64,000 nucleotides of DNA from the IMG/VR virus record IMGVR_UViG_3300025767_000006, one strand, 5' to 3'. Position 1 is the stretch's first letter, and every line of letters begins with the position of its first letter. Source of the DNA: an uncultured virus (IMG/VR IMGVR_UViG_3300025767_000006) (taxonomy: Duplodnaviria; Heunggongvirae; Uroviricota; Caudoviricetes). The position numbers and the translations under genes are program-made. Positions 63,444 through 64,000 of this stretch are shown here, in pieces. The notes beneath the pieces are model-generated. The model was not told the DNA's origin. It did not search any database and saw only the letters and a list, made by a program, of their open reading frames with translations.

Positions 63444-63936
63444 TGATATTATCCGAATCTTCTAATTCTTTTCTCGTAGTCTCAACGTGGGTTTCCCAAC
63501 CAAGACGCGCGGCATCACCAATTGTTCCATTATATGGACAGGGTGTACCAGCATGATTCATAGCATCAAAGATCTTTGAATCTTGACACATGACAGACAC
63601 TGCTGCGACCTTCATACCCATATCGTATAAAGTCTTAGCATTTTTTAATCTGATACAATTTTTTTCGGTGTAAGTGGTACCTGCAGAGATACCAAGAATT
63701 TGCGTTTGGACAGCACCCGCTACGCCAATAGTACATAGATCACTATTGCTACCACTACTAAATTGTGGTGAGATTGCGGACGGAGGTGGTTGTTTTACCG
63801 TTGTGGTCATTTGACCGTTCGTTGTCACTGTGCTATTACTTGTCGAGTCAGTAACAATGACGTCTTGTTCTTGTGCCATTGCCGGTAATGATATATACAT
63901 AATAAAGCTAGCACAGATTGCTAGCTTCTTAAACAT
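63382..63936 (-). CDS. Exported Cys-rich protein with C-terminal membrane anchor
   Basis: Signal peptide (AMA/Q), PPPSAISP, four Cys, hydrophobic C-terminus GLLAFLLLL. Confidence 0.65.
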   Translation of the reverse strand: MFKKLAICASFIMYISLPAMAQEQDVIVTDSTSNSTVTTNGQMTTTVKQPPPSAISPQFSSGSNSDLCTIGVAGAVQTQILGISAGTTYTEKNCIRLKNAKTLYDMGMKVAAVSVMCQDSKIFDAMNHAGTPCPYNGTIGDAARLGWETHVETTRKELEDSDNINVKEAATVGGMGLLAFLLLL

Positions 63937-63981
63937 TCTAAATCCTCATAAAATAGATAATAAAAGTTTGTATTTCAATCT

Positions 63982-63989
63982 TATTTATA
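63982..63989 (-). promoter_or_regulatory. T4-type late promoter for the exported-protein operon
   Basis: tatttata = TATAAATA on minus strand, 45 nt upstream of ATG 63936; GAGG RBS between. Confidence 0.7.
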
Positions 63990-64000
63990 AAAAAAACTGT

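Noticed and set aside
1..64000. tRNA/rRNA genes, integrase, photosynthesis genes
   Set aside because: None recognised by eye; intergenic gaps are short. A tRNAscan-SE run would be needed to exclude tRNAs

Overview
This 64 kb AT-rich window is part of a T4-like myovirus genome. An aquatic proteobacterial, possibly alphaproteobacterial, host is inferred, not shown. Layout: (i) 1-1.5 kb, fibre-type virion genes. (ii) 1.5-10.3 kb, a tailoring-enzyme island with 2-3 glycosyltransferase-like genes, a 2OG-Fe(II)-like protein, a methyltransferase, three radical-SAM genes (two with separately encoded SPASM-like domains), a NodU-type carbamoyltransferase and a DegT aminotransferase. Its minus-strand operon starts at a T4 late promoter. 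(iii) 10.4-20.7 kb, repetitive fibre genes. (iv) 20.7-33.6 kb, the T4 morphogenesis block gp13-gp23 and gp3. (v) 33.6-47 kb, uvsY/uvsW/55/47/46/45/44/62/regA, peroxiredoxin, Hsp20, endolysin and gp43. (vi) 47-54 kb, a cytosine-hypermodification block with a gp42-like dCMP hydroxymethylase, MazG-like pyrophosphatase, cytidylyltransferase, glycosyltransferase and an atypical C5-methyltransferase-fold protein. (vii) uvsX/40/41/thyX and small early genes. (viii) 59.2-64 kb, a late minus-strand operon of exported proteins resembling a pilin plus periplasmic chaperone. Top candidates for undescribed systems: a virion-wide Asp-Ser-small motif that may be the acceptor sequon of a phage-encoded virion glycosylation pathway; a phage-encoded pilus-like module; and an hmC hypermodification pathway with unusual enzymes. 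All calls come from motif recognition by eye; no searches were run.
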